From an uncultured Verrucomicrobiae bacterium (lineage in GTDB: Bacteria; Verrucomicrobiota; Verrucomicrobiia; Limisphaerales; Palsa-1400): a stretch of DNA of 64,000 nucleotides. The notes under the pieces were generated by a model. The model saw only the letters and a list, made by a program, of their open reading frames with translations. It did not search any database and was not told the origin of the DNA. The number at the start of each line of letters is the position of its first letter. Positions within the stretch are counted from its first letter, which is position 1. This document shows, piece after piece, positions 10,767-20,572 of the stretch. Both the position numbers and the translations under genes were made by a program. The stretch is taken from NCBI GenBank assembly GCA_963702845.1, contig OY969763.1, positions 3,808,001-3,872,000 of the forward strand, read 5' to 3'.

Positions 10767-11195
10767 TCAATATTGACGGAAATACCGCCGGACATCGGTC
10801 GGCATTTCTTTTGCGATCCAATAAGACGTTGCGTTCGCCGGTTTGAATCGGCGCAACCGGTCCCGGCCGGACATGCGAAATATCAAGGCTACGGGGGTGA
10901 TAATACAATAGAACATCAATGCCAATGCAACCTGAGAAATGACCCATCCGACCGGAAATGCAGCCACCATCCAGACGACAAAAATCCAACGGAAAACGAC
11001 TGGCACCAGCCAATTAAACGCGACACCAACGACTGCCGTAACCCCAAGCCACATCGCCGGCTTCGTATGATGCTGAATCGCAAATTTACAAATCGCCAAT
11101 GCGCCGAAGAAAATCACCCAACCCCACGCAAATTGCCGTAAGGTTTTGGAATCAGGTTTCAGGAGATGACGTGGAAATTCCATAAACGTGATCAA
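10767..11195 (-). CDS. SxtJ-family membrane protein
   Basis: LRQFA TM segments, W..AFPVGWVIS...FYCIITPVALIFR..GRDRL, SYW, terminal YFRQY. TTG start overlaps the upstream TGA; ATG 11183 is an alternative. Confidence 0.82.
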   Translation of the reverse strand: MITFMEFPRHLLKPDSKTLRQFAWGWVIFFGALAICKFAIQHHTKPAMWLGVTAVVGVAFNWLVPVVFRWIFVVWMVAAFPVGWVISQVALALMFYCIITPVALIFRMSGRDRLRRFKPANATSYWIAKEMPTDVRRYFRQY

Positions 11196-13111
11196 TCGAG
11201 TTCAAACTGCGCCATATATTTAGCGCGCTCTTCGACGCTGAGAGAATTGTTAATTTGCGACTTCTGCAAAACGAAATCTTCCAGGACCAGCACGTCAATG
11301 TGGGTCGCCAAAAAACAGCGATACGCCTCTTCCGGCGTGCAAACGATCGGCTCGCCGCGAACGTTGTAGCTGGTGTTCACAAGCACCGGACAACCCGTCC
11401 TCTGTTCAAATGCTTTGAGCAATCGATAGAACCTTCCGTGTCGCTCCTCATCCACCGTCTGCACACGCGCACTGTAATCAACGTGCGTCACCGCCGGAAT
11501 CGTCGAACGCACAAACCCAACGCGCTTGCGCAAATCGGGATCGTTCGTCATCGCCAACGCCTCATCGGGGTTGAGCGCCTTGCGGTGTTTTTCCAAGACT
11601 GGCGCAACATGAAGCATGTATGGATTCTCCTGGCCCAAACGCATGCAAAAATATTCGTGCGCCTTCTCCCGCAAGACCACCGGCGCGAACGGACGAAAGC
11701 TTTCGCGGAATTTGATCTTCAAATTCATGTCCGCCTGCATCTTCGGATTCCGAGGATCGCCGAGAATCGAACGACAACCCAGCGCGCGCGGACCGAATTC
11801 CATGCGACCCTGAAACCATCCGATAATTTTTCCCCGTTCCAACTGCGAGACGATCGCTTCAATCAACTCCGACTCGCGTTTAAACTGCTCGTGAGGCGCG
11901 TTAACTTTTACAAGAAAATCGCCAATCGCTTCGTTTGAATATCGCGGCCCCAGTAAACTACCCTTTTGCTTATCTATCCCGGTGCCTCGTCGCGGTTTGT
12001 TCAGCAGCTGATGCCAGACAAACAGCGCCGCGCCCAAAGCGCCGCCGGCATCACCAGCCGCCGGCTGTATCCAAATATTCTCAAATGGGCCTTCGCGCGA
12101 AAGTCGTCCGTTCGCCACGCAGTTCAACGCGACGCCTCCCGCGAGAACCAGATTCTTTTCGCCAGTGCGACGATGAATCTCTTCGCCCATCCGCAGCATC
12201 GCTTCTTCGGCGACGCATTGAATGCTCGCGGCCAGGTCCATGTGTCGCTGTTCGAGATTGGCTTCTGGCGGGCGCGGCGGTCCACCAAAAAGGCGATCGA
12301 ACCGCTCGTTCGTCATCGTCAGTCCCTGGCAGTAATTGAAATACTCCATGTTCATCCAAAGACTGCCGTCCGGTTTCAAATCAATCAGGTGCTCGAAAAT
12401 CAGATCGCGATAAATCGGTTTCCCGTATGGCGCCAACCCCATCAACTTGTATTCGCCACTGTTGACTTTGAACCCGCAGTAATAAGTAAACGCGGAATAC
12501 AACAACCCAAGCGAATGGGGAAATTCAAATTGCGCATCGAGCCGAATCCGGTTTCCTTCACCGACACCGAAGGTGCACGAGCACCACTCCCCTACCCCAT
12601 CGACCGTTAGGATTGCCGCCTTTTCAAACGGGCTGGGAAAAAACGCGCTTGCCGCATGACTTTCGTGGTGCTCGACAAAGACAAGCTTTGCTCGTTCGGC
12701 GGCCGGAAGATTGCTTCGAATCGTCCGCTTCAAAAACAATTTTTCCTTCAACCAAACCGGAAGCGCTTCGCGGAAACTTCGAAATCCCTTGGGCGCAAAA
12801 CCTAAATAGGTTTCCAGGAGACGATCGAATTTCAACAGCGGCTTTTCGTAATAGGCGATGTAGTCGAGATCCTTGTCAGAGATTCGATTTCCATGGTTCG
12901 CGCTTTCCTCGAGACAATACCGCGCCGCAAGCGCCGGAAATCCAGAATCATGTTTCTTTCGGCTGAACCGTTCTTCCTGCGCAGCCGCAACAATGTCTCC
13001 ATCCACCACCAGCGCCGCTGCGCTGTCGTGGTAGAAAGCCGAAATGCCAAGGATTGCGGTCGATGACGTGCCTGTCATCGGACCAGCAGATACTGGTGAC
13101 GAATTGTTCAC
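11192..13111 (-). CDS. O-carbamoyltransferase, NodU/CmcH (SxtI-like) family
   Basis: ILGISAFYHDSAAAL, EERFSRKKHD, HHESHAASAF, DGVGE, GEYKLMGLAPYG, AGGVALNC, GDAGGALGA, GRMEFGPRALG, KFRESFRPFAP, NTSYNVRGEPIV. Confidence 0.95.
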   Translation of the reverse strand: MNNSSPVSAGPMTGTSSTAILGISAFYHDSAAALVVDGDIVAAAQEERFSRKKHDSGFPALAARYCLEESANHGNRISDKDLDYIAYYEKPLLKFDRLLETYLGFAPKGFRSFREALPVWLKEKLFLKRTIRSNLPAAERAKLVFVEHHESHAASAFFPSPFEKAAILTVDGVGEWCSCTFGVGEGNRIRLDAQFEFPHSLGLLYSAFTYYCGFKVNSGEYKLMGLAPYGKPIYRDLIFEHLIDLKPDGSLWMNMEYFNYCQGLTMTNERFDRLFGGPPRPPEANLEQRHMDLAASIQCVAEEAMLRMGEEIHRRTGEKNLVLAGGVALNCVANGRLSREGPFENIWIQPAAGDAGGALGAALFVWHQLLNKPRRGTGIDKQKGSLLGPRYSNEAIGDFLVKVNAPHEQFKRESELIEAIVSQLERGKIIGWFQGRMEFGPRALGCRSILGDPRNPKMQADMNLKIKFRESFRPFAPVVLREKAHEYFCMRLGQENPYMLHVAPVLEKHRKALNPDEALAMTNDPDLRKRVGFVRSTIPAVTHVDYSARVQTVDEERHGRFYRLLKAFEQRTGCPVLVNTSYNVRGEPIVCTPEEAYRCFLATHIDVLVLEDFVLQKSQINNSLSVEERAKYMAQFELD

Positions 13112-13237
13112 TTGGGAGTTTCGATCACGATTCTAAACAAACCCCCGGCAAAATCAACGATTCGTCCACGTTGATTTGGGAAACTGCACGACGAAGCAAT
13201 TCCCCTTTACCAACTCACCAACGAAGGGCAACTTTCC

Positions 13238-14404
13238 ATGCTTATGATGACTCGTTCACGTCGCCGACAAATACTCATAATCTCTTGGTGTGCGGTTACC
13301 GCATTAGTGGCAGCGATGACAAGTCATTTGCAGCTCGCTAACGCTACGGCGCCCACAACTGACGAAATCATCGTCTGCGGCGAACGATTCCACACCGGCG
13401 TGCCCATTGTCCTCTGGACCGATCAAGGCGGTTACAATTTTCACTACACCAAAGCTCCCGTCGGCACACCCGCGGAGCGCATACCCAGTCGCGTCCGCCA
13501 GGCTCCGTTGACCGACGAGCAAATCGCCGAGGTTCGCCGCGATGGTTGGACGCCTGAATTGCTGCGCCAAAACGTGGACCAGTTCGTCATCCACTACTCG
13601 GTAGATCCGACCAGTCGAGACACTTTCAACACGCTCGTTAAACGCCATCTGTCCGTCCAATTCATGCTCGATCTCGACGGCACCCTCTATCAAACAATGG
13701 ATGCACAGGAAGAAGCGCCGCACGCCACCAAAGCCAACGGCAGATCAGTCGGTATCGAAATCGCTAATCTTGGCGCTCGCATCGGTAGCACTGCGGACCT
13801 GGACGAGTGGTATAAAAAAGATGCCGCTGGTCAAACCGTGATCAAGGTTCCGACCCAACTGGTCGACAAAGACGGTCACGCGACCCCATACACCAGCGGA
13901 ATCCGCACCAAAGATTTTCATGGCCACCCCGCGCGCTCGCAAATCATCAAAGGCATCGTCCAAGGCAAAGAATATCAGCAATACGATCTCACCCCACAGC
14001 AATACAACTCACTCATCCACCTCACCGCAGCGTTGTGCACCGCCTTCCCAAAAATAACCTGTGAATATCCACGACAAAAACCGGCGTTCGGTCCACCCAC
14101 GCCGCAAATAATCAAAACAGGGCCCGCCGCACATCCAAATGCCCTCGCCACGTTGAACGAACCAGGCGTCTTAATCCCGCACGTACTCACCGCGGATCAA
14201 TACGAAGTTTATCAAGGCATTCTCGGCCACTACCACGTCCAACTCGACAAACAAGACCCCGGCCCGGCGTTCCAATGGGATTACGTCATCAACAGCGCGC
14301 GAAAACTCCTGACATCGCAAGCCCTCGCCGCCAACGTCGCGGCCCGTGGCAAACCGGCGCGTTTTATCCCCAGCGTTCCGGCGCCAAAAACTACCGGGAA
14401 GTAA
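13238..14404 (+). CDS. N-acetylmuramoyl-L-alanine amidase (Amidase_2-like), exported
   Basis: FVIHYS, LSVQFMLDLDGTLYQ, HA..ANGRSVGIEIAN, ILGHYHV...KQDPGPAFQW; N-terminal signal or anchor. Confidence 0.82.
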   Translation: MLMMTRSRRRQILIISWCAVTALVAAMTSHLQLANATAPTTDEIIVCGERFHTGVPIVLWTDQGGYNFHYTKAPVGTPAERIPSRVRQAPLTDEQIAEVRRDGWTPELLRQNVDQFVIHYSVDPTSRDTFNTLVKRHLSVQFMLDLDGTLYQTMDAQEEAPHATKANGRSVGIEIANLGARIGSTADLDEWYKKDAAGQTVIKVPTQLVDKDGHATPYTSGIRTKDFHGHPARSQIIKGIVQGKEYQQYDLTPQQYNSLIHLTAALCTAFPKITCEYPRQKPAFGPPTPQIIKTGPAAHPNALATLNEPGVLIPHVLTADQYEVYQGILGHYHVQLDKQDPGPAFQWDYVINSARKLLTSQALAANVAARGKPARFIPSVPAPKTTGK

Positions 14405-14473
14405 AATAGTCAGGCCGACTCGTTGAACGGCGTCATCCATGAACACCTTCAGCAAGTCGAAATAACAGTCCCG

Positions 14474-15052
14474 ATGAATCCCAAGGTTGATAAATTTCTA
14501 ACGACAGCCAAAAAGTGGCAGCCTGAAATGGCGAAACTGAGAAACATACTGCTCAGCTCTGGCCTAACTGAAGAACTGAAGTGGGGTAAGCCTTGTTACA
14601 CGTTTCAGGACAGTAACGTAGTTATCATACAGGGTTTTAAAGAATACTGTGCTCTTCTCTTTTGCAAAGGCACCTTATTGAAAGACGCCAAAGGCATCCT
14701 AATCCAACAAACCGAAAACGTGCAGGCGGCGCGTCAGATTCGGTTCACCGATATTCGAGAAATAGCTGACATGGAACCAATGGTGAAGGCCTACGTTTAT
14801 GAAGCGATTGAAGTGGAAAAAGCTGGTTTGGAAATAATTTACAAGAAGCCTTCAGAATTTTCGATTCCTGAAGAACTTCAAAATAAATTCCATAAAAAGC
14901 CTGCCCTCAAAGCTGCTTTCAACGCCCTAACGCCCGGACGGCAACGAGGATACCTTCTTTATTTTTCTGGGGCCAAACAATCCAAAACCCGTGAGACGAG
15001 AATTGATAAATGCATGCCCCAAATTCTAAAGGGAAAGGGATTAAATGATTAG
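14474..15052 (+). CDS. YdeI/OmpD-associated family protein (DUF1801)
   Basis: EELKWGKPCY, FKEYCALLFCKG, QQTENVQAARQIRF, ALTPGRQRGY, AKQSKTR. Confidence 0.9.
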   Translation: MNPKVDKFLTTAKKWQPEMAKLRNILLSSGLTEELKWGKPCYTFQDSNVVIIQGFKEYCALLFCKGTLLKDAKGILIQQTENVQAARQIRFTDIREIADMEPMVKAYVYEAIEVEKAGLEIIYKKPSEFSIPEELQNKFHKKPALKAAFNALTPGRQRGYLLYFSGAKQSKTRETRIDKCMPQILKGKGLND

Positions 15053-15248
15053 CGACACCACCAAACGTTCGATTCTTCGCTGGATCCACTTTGTCTTCAG
15101 CATTCCGATCATCGGCTATATTTATAGCCCGTTCAAAGAACTTCCAAACTACGCCCCAATTGTTCGGTTCGTTGCGGTTCCTGTCATAGTCCTTACGGGA
15201 TTGTGGATGTGGAAAGGCCATGTCGTTCGACGACTTATTTCGAAATGA
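15045..15248 (+). CDS. Small two-TM membrane protein
   Basis: RWIH..SIPIIGYIYSP and TGLWMWKG; overlaps the ydeI-like stop by 8 nt. Confidence 0.7.
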   Translation: MISDTTKRSILRWIHFVFSIPIIGYIYSPFKELPNYAPIVRFVAVPVIVLTGLWMWKGHVVRRLISK

Positions 15249-15400
15249 TGGACTACGTCCGACTGAATTAAACGGCACATTATACTTGCCGCCCAGATCA
15301 CCTTTTCGGGCCGCTATCCAACATTTGACACGCGCTCTTTTCAGTTGCCTATCTGTTCTAGAAGCTTAGAATGGGCCTAGCAACCCGGACAACACGTACC

Positions 15401-17515
15401 ATGTATTTTGGAACTGACTATCATCCGGAACACTGGGTCCATCCTTACGCGGGAACTCCCGACGATCCCGAAGCACGCTGGAGGCGCGACCTCGAACTCA
15501 TGGTCTCCGCCGGCATCAACGTCGTCCGCATCGGCGAATTTGTCTGGGGCCTCTGCGAACCCAAAGAAGGCGAATACGATTTCAAATGGCTCAAGCGCGT
15601 GATGGACCTGATGGCCGAAGCAGACATCAAAGTCGTCCTCAGCACACCCACGGCCGTTCCTCCAATCTGGTTGACCAAAAAACATCCTGAGATTTTGCCC
15701 GTCAACGAACACGGCATCGCGTTGAACCCAGGAACTCGGCATACCTGCTGTCTCAATTCAGATATTTATTGGGATTACTCCAAAAAAATCGTCCGCGCCA
15801 TGGCCGAAGAACTCGGCAAACATCAACAACTGATCGCATGGCAAATCGACAACAACATCGGCGCGCACTCGATGGTCCCCTGTTTCAACAAAGAAACCCA
15901 ACGCGACTGGCACGCCTGGCTGAAGGCCAAATACCAAACCGTCGAGAAACTCAACGACATGCTCGGCCTCCGTTTCTGGAGCCAGACAGTCGGCGATTTC
16001 AGCGAACTACCGATGCCGATGATCGCGCCGGATGTCCACAACTCCGCGCTCTTGCTCGACTGGCGCCGCTTCACCAGCGACACGATTGTCGCGTTCGTCC
16101 GCATGCAAGCCGATCTGCTGCACGAACTGACGCCAAACGCTCCGGTCACTTCAAATATTCGAACCTTTGGCCAACGCCTTGATTTGTTCGATGTCGCGGA
16201 CGCGCTCGATTTCGTCTCGCTCAACAGCAACGCGACCGTCAAAACCAAATCCGCCGAAAACGCCTGCGAAGTCGATTTCCTGCGGTCGCTCAAAAAAACC
16301 GGCATCAAAATGCCCGACGACGACCAGGGATTTTGGGTCATCGAACAAAAAGCCGGCCACGTCAATTGGCAAGACATCAACGCCCTCGTCCGGCCCGAAG
16401 TCGTTCGCCTCTTTACCTATCAACTGATCTCACGCGGTGCTGATGGCATCCTCTTCTTTTATTGGCGTCAGCCTCGCATCGGTCCCGAGAAATTTTACGG
16501 CGGCGTGCTCAGCCACGATGGCCGTGGCGAAAATCGCGTCTATAAAGAAATCAGCCACATCGGCGAAGAAATTCGTAGACTCGGTCCCGCTTTGAAGGGG
16601 ACAAAAGTGAAGGCCGACGTCTGCATTTTGTATTCGCACGAAAACGATTGGACGCTTTTGATGCCGCGCCAACCCAATCGTCATTTCAACCTGCGCCATC
16701 ACGTGCAGATGTTCCACACCGCTTTGCACGATCGCAATATCCCGGTCGATTTCGCGCGCCCGACCGAAGATCTGTCCCAATACAAAATCGTCATCGCACC
16801 ATCGTTACACATGCTGGCCGGTGGCGAGGCCGATGCGTTGAAACTTTACGTTCACAACGGCGGCACACTCGTCGCCACCTGCAACACAGGCCTGATCGAC
16901 GAACACCATATCGCGACCGATAGCGGTTTTCCTCACGACATGACCGATCTGTTCGGGCTCGAGATCGAAGAGTTCGACCAATTGGCGCCGGATGAAGATA
17001 ACCATCTCGCATTCCGCGGCACATTCCACACCAGCCATCTCCATTCGGCAAAGCTGTGGTGTGATTTGATCGAGCCAAAGGGCTGCCAAATCCTCGCCAC
17101 CTACACGAAGGATTTTTACGCGGGCAAACCGGCCATGACGATGAACAACTTCGGCGCCGGCAAAGCCATCTATATCGGCACGACGTCACAGCAGAATTTC
17201 TACTTCGACCTCGTCGCCTGGTTGCGCCAGCTTTGCAACCTCCATCCGTTGCTCAAAGTGCCCGACACAATTGAAGTTAGCCTGCGCCAGAACGCAGAGA
17301 CCAAAGTATATTTCTTGCTGAATCACCAGAACACTTCGATTAGAATCACCTTCTTTAAACCGATGCACGATTTTCTGACCGGCCGCACCTTCGAAGGCAA
17401 TTTTGATCTTCCGCCCCATGGCGTGCTCGTGCTCGACGAACGCCTCGCCGAAAAACCGGCCGAACGGTCAGCCACCACCGGCGAAGCTGCTGCACCCGAA
17501 GCCGTGCCTGCATAA
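15401..17515 (+). CDS. Beta-galactosidase-like protein, GH42 family
   Basis: FGTDYHPEHW, VRIGEFVWGLCEP.EG.YDF.WL, WQIDNN, WVIEQ, FYWRQ...GPEKF, trimerisation domain (YVHNGGTLV). The usual acid/base motif NE reads NN here. Confidence 0.88.
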   Translation: MYFGTDYHPEHWVHPYAGTPDDPEARWRRDLELMVSAGINVVRIGEFVWGLCEPKEGEYDFKWLKRVMDLMAEADIKVVLSTPTAVPPIWLTKKHPEILPVNEHGIALNPGTRHTCCLNSDIYWDYSKKIVRAMAEELGKHQQLIAWQIDNNIGAHSMVPCFNKETQRDWHAWLKAKYQTVEKLNDMLGLRFWSQTVGDFSELPMPMIAPDVHNSALLLDWRRFTSDTIVAFVRMQADLLHELTPNAPVTSNIRTFGQRLDLFDVADALDFVSLNSNATVKTKSAENACEVDFLRSLKKTGIKMPDDDQGFWVIEQKAGHVNWQDINALVRPEVVRLFTYQLISRGADGILFFYWRQPRIGPEKFYGGVLSHDGRGENRVYKEISHIGEEIRRLGPALKGTKVKADVCILYSHENDWTLLMPRQPNRHFNLRHHVQMFHTALHDRNIPVDFARPTEDLSQYKIVIAPSLHMLAGGEADALKLYVHNGGTLVATCNTGLIDEHHIATDSGFPHDMTDLFGLEIEEFDQLAPDEDNHLAFRGTFHTSHLHSAKLWCDLIEPKGCQILATYTKDFYAGKPAMTMNNFGAGKAIYIGTTSQQNFYFDLVAWLRQLCNLHPLLKVPDTIEVSLRQNAETKVYFLLNHQNTSIRITFFKPMHDFLTGRTFEGNFDLPPHGVLVLDERLAEKPAERSATTGEAAAPEAVPA

Positions 17516-17520
17516 GAGTA

Positions 17521-17949
17521 ATGTCCCTCTCCTTCCCATATCGCGCCGAAGAAAGTCTCGGCAAAAAAAGATTTCGTGCCGCGCAATCCTCCGCCCGCGA
17601 CCGAACCCTCGCCGCATGGCGCGGTTGGTCGTGGAAAATCGCGGAAGACGACCGCAAAAAAACCAGCACAACCGCCGGAGACGCGCTCAAGGGCGTGTTG
17701 AAGAGCCTCAAAATCGATCAACGCCTCGCCGAGACCGAAGTGCTCAAAGTCTGGACCAGCCAGATGGACCCGAACGTCGCTGCACACGCCCATCCCGTCG
17801 GTCTGCGCAACGGCACGCTCATGGTCGTCGTCGACAGCCCCGTCTGGCTCTCCGAAATCGTCCGCTATCGCCGCCGCGAAATCCTCGAGCGCCTGCAAAA
17901 CAGCTTCGGTCGCGACGTCATCGCCCGAATTTCCTTCCGCATTGGTTAG
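17521..17949 (+). CDS. DciA/DUF721 family protein (putative replicative helicase loader)
   Basis: W..QMDPNVAAHAHPVGLRNGTLMVVVDSPVWLSEI...ILERL...ISFRIG pattern of DUF721. Confidence 0.75.
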   Translation: MSLSFPYRAEESLGKKRFRAAQSSARDRTLAAWRGWSWKIAEDDRKKTSTTAGDALKGVLKSLKIDQRLAETEVLKVWTSQMDPNVAAHAHPVGLRNGTLMVVVDSPVWLSEIVRYRRREILERLQNSFGRDVIARISFRIG

Positions 17950-18039
17950 ATTATTCTGAGGAGAGGGCTGAGGAATTTTCACATGATTCCCCAAATCAGG
18001 TTGTCGGCTCTTTGCGAAACCTGATAAAGTGGCGCCGAC

Positions 18040-18270
18040 ATGAACGTCGACTCAGTCTCGCTCGCCCTGCAAAACATCACCGAGACAAAGCACCTGTTGC
18101 AGACGCTCATCACCTCCTCCGAATCCTTCGACTACATCAAAGCCAAAGCCACCCTCGACCTCCTCGACAAAAAAGTTAAGCACTTGGCCAAAGTTCAGAG
18201 ACAGCTCCAGGCCACAAATCGTGTCTCTGCTGCGAACGTCCGCGTCGTAGATTTCTCCGCAGGAGCTTAA
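18040..18270 (+). CDS. Hypothetical small coiled-coil protein
   Basis: 76-aa helical ORF with genome-typical codon usage; TTGTCG-N18-TAAAGT promoter-like motif shortly upstream. Confidence 0.6.
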   Translation: MNVDSVSLALQNITETKHLLQTLITSSESFDYIKAKATLDLLDKKVKHLAKVQRQLQATNRVSAANVRVVDFSAGA

Positions 18271-18412
18271 TTCCGCGCGACAGCGTCTTGGACTGCGGCA
18301 GCCCTCTGCCGCTTTCTCATTTCGGTGAAAACACGCCATCGACAGATAATCTTTGTTCGGCCCATCAAAAGCTCTTGCGACTCCGCCTCTCCACCGGCAT
18401 AACACCACACAC

Positions 18413-19387
18413 ATGACCGCAAGAATCCTGGCATTCATTTTTGCCACAACCGTTCTCACCACCATGGCAGACGATTTACGCATCGGCATGATCGGCCTCG
18501 ACACCTCCCACTGCGTCGAGTTCACCCGCCGCATCAACGACCCGAAAAACAAAAACCACGTCGAAGGCGGTAAAATCGTCGCCGCATTCAAAGGCGGCAG
18601 CGAAGACATGCCCACCGACAGCATGAAACGCATCCCGCCTTACGCCAAGGAACTCGAAGAAAAATGGGGCGTGAAAATGTACGACTCCGTCGACGCCCTC
18701 GTCAAAGATGTCGACGTGGTAATGATTGAAAGCATCGACGGCCGCAAACATCTCGAACAAGCCATCCCTGCGATGAAAGCCGGCAAACGCATATTCATCG
18801 ACAAACCCGTCGCCGGCTCCTTGCGCGAAGCGCTCGAAATCTACGCCGCCGCAAAACAATATAACGTCCCCGTCTTCAGCGGTTCATCGCTGCGCTACTA
18901 TCCGAATCTCCAGACGATGAAACACACCGACGTCGGCGAGTTGAGAGGCGCGTATTCGACCGGCCCCGCTCACCTGGAAAAACACCATCCCGACCTCTAC
19001 TGGTATGGCATCCACCCCACCGAAGCCCTCTACACCATCATGGGCACCGGCTGCGAAACCGTCGTCTGCACCGCCACACCCGACACTCACGTCGTCACCG
19101 GCGTCTGGAAAGATGGTAAAGTCGCAACCTTGCGCGGCATGCGCAGTGGCGTCGAACCTTATCGCGTAAGCGTCTACGGAAGCAAAAAAGTTTTAGACGA
19201 ACAACTCGCCGGCGACTACACACCGTTTCTGCGGGAAGTTATAAAATTCCTGCAAACCGGCATCGCCCCCGTCCCTGCCGACGAAACCATCGAAATCTAC
19301 GCCTTCATGGAAGCAGCCGACGAAAGCAAACGTGAAGGCGGCAAACCGGTGCGCCTTGCTGACGTAATCGAGAAGAACAAACCCTAA
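18413..19387 (+). CDS. Gfo/Idh/MocA family oxidoreductase, with signal peptide
   Basis: LRIGMIGLDTSH, IESIDGRKH, FIDKPVA, SSLRY, WYGIH motifs. Confidence 0.88.
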   Translation: MTARILAFIFATTVLTTMADDLRIGMIGLDTSHCVEFTRRINDPKNKNHVEGGKIVAAFKGGSEDMPTDSMKRIPPYAKELEEKWGVKMYDSVDALVKDVDVVMIESIDGRKHLEQAIPAMKAGKRIFIDKPVAGSLREALEIYAAAKQYNVPVFSGSSLRYYPNLQTMKHTDVGELRGAYSTGPAHLEKHHPDLYWYGIHPTEALYTIMGTGCETVVCTATPDTHVVTGVWKDGKVATLRGMRSGVEPYRVSVYGSKKVLDEQLAGDYTPFLREVIKFLQTGIAPVPADETIEIYAFMEAADESKREGGKPVRLADVIEKNKP

Positions 19388-20322
19388 AAGCTGAAAACCA
19401 TCGTTCGTTTGGTCGTTGGATCGATCGGTATCTCTGCCATGTAAGCCGGCACTAAATCGCTCCATCCCTTCGGCGACGACTTGTGTTCCAATTCAAACGC
19501 GCGCATCGCCAACCGCACTCGCAAGGCATCGACGATCACAATCACCGAATCGTATTTCCCTTTGGCCCGCGCAATCACCAGGTCTTCCGGATGCAAAATC
19601 TTGGCCTTGATCATTTCAGCCAGGCGCATCATTTCCATTCGGAAAACTCCAACTTGTAGCCGGCCGTAAGCATCGGCCCATTTTTTCTCTTGTTGCAACG
19701 TCAGCTCAAAAGGCTGCCGGTTCGTTTTCCACGTTTCTAAATCAGCTAAAACAAATCGGCAGTCGTTCACGTCCAATTTTGGCGCGACGGAATTCAGTGC
19801 CGTTAGAGCAATCCGCTCGTCCGCCAATGAAACCAGCGAGTCGATAAGCAGCCCCCCGTGCGCCACCGCAGAACCAAATTTCAATCCATCCAAGTACAAT
19901 TTCAGGGCATCAAGATTGCGACCTTCTTGCTCCGCCACATAACCTGCGCACGAAATCAAATGTGCAATCTGCTTCGCTTTTGGCAAATCACGATTGTAGT
20001 GCTCCGTCAGCCAGTTGTCGGAGAATTGAAATGGCACCGCCCACTGGCTTGTCAGTGCACCTCGGATAATCGGAATTATGGCTTCGTTGTTGGTGGCGTA
20101 GTGCTTGGCTCGGGCCAACGAAAAATCTTTATCTCCTCGCGCGGGCGGCTCGTCCGAGTTCATCACAAACGCCGGACTCACAGCAATGCTGTCATATCCG
20201 TTCGGTACCGGCAGGGCAACGACAACAGCAGGCGGTGGAGACCGCAACATATAGAACACTGCGCCAACCACAATCACTGACGCAACTAAGCCAAAACAAA
20301 TCCTCCGCTTCAAAACAGTCAT
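19384..20322 (-). CDS. Hypothetical membrane-anchored protein
   Basis: N-terminal TM, PVPNGYD motif, helical core, C-terminal A.RAF.....P..W.DLVPAY..IPIDP. Confidence 0.7.
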   Translation of the reverse strand: MTVLKRRICFGLVASVIVVGAVFYMLRSPPPAVVVALPVPNGYDSIAVSPAFVMNSDEPPARGDKDFSLARAKHYATNNEAIIPIIRGALTSQWAVPFQFSDNWLTEHYNRDLPKAKQIAHLISCAGYVAEQEGRNLDALKLYLDGLKFGSAVAHGGLLIDSLVSLADERIALTALNSVAPKLDVNDCRFVLADLETWKTNRQPFELTLQQEKKWADAYGRLQVGVFRMEMMRLAEMIKAKILHPEDLVIARAKGKYDSVIVIVDALRVRLAMRAFELEHKSSPKGWSDLVPAYMAEIPIDPTTKRTMVFSF

Positions 20323-20572
20323 CGTTAATCATCGCCGCTTCTGTGTCGTGATTGCATGCAACTGTTTCGTTGCTTCACCCACTCAAGTAGCTCGTCGACT
20401 TGCCTGAAGTTAACGTCGTTCCCCCGCGGAACACCAGCCTTGATCGCCGCCGCCAGCCCCAGCCAACTTTCGCGATCTTCAAACGCGGACGTTCAAAATT
20501 GTGTTTTCAAGTACACAGTGGCGGTTTATATCTCGCGCGGCGAATGGTTCACCATCGCTCATCCGAACAACT

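Noticed and set aside
9483..13111. Saxitoxin biosynthesis cluster (sxtIJK similarity)
   Set aside because: No sxtA, sxtG, sxtB or other core genes in the window; the triad alone does not imply toxin synthesis.
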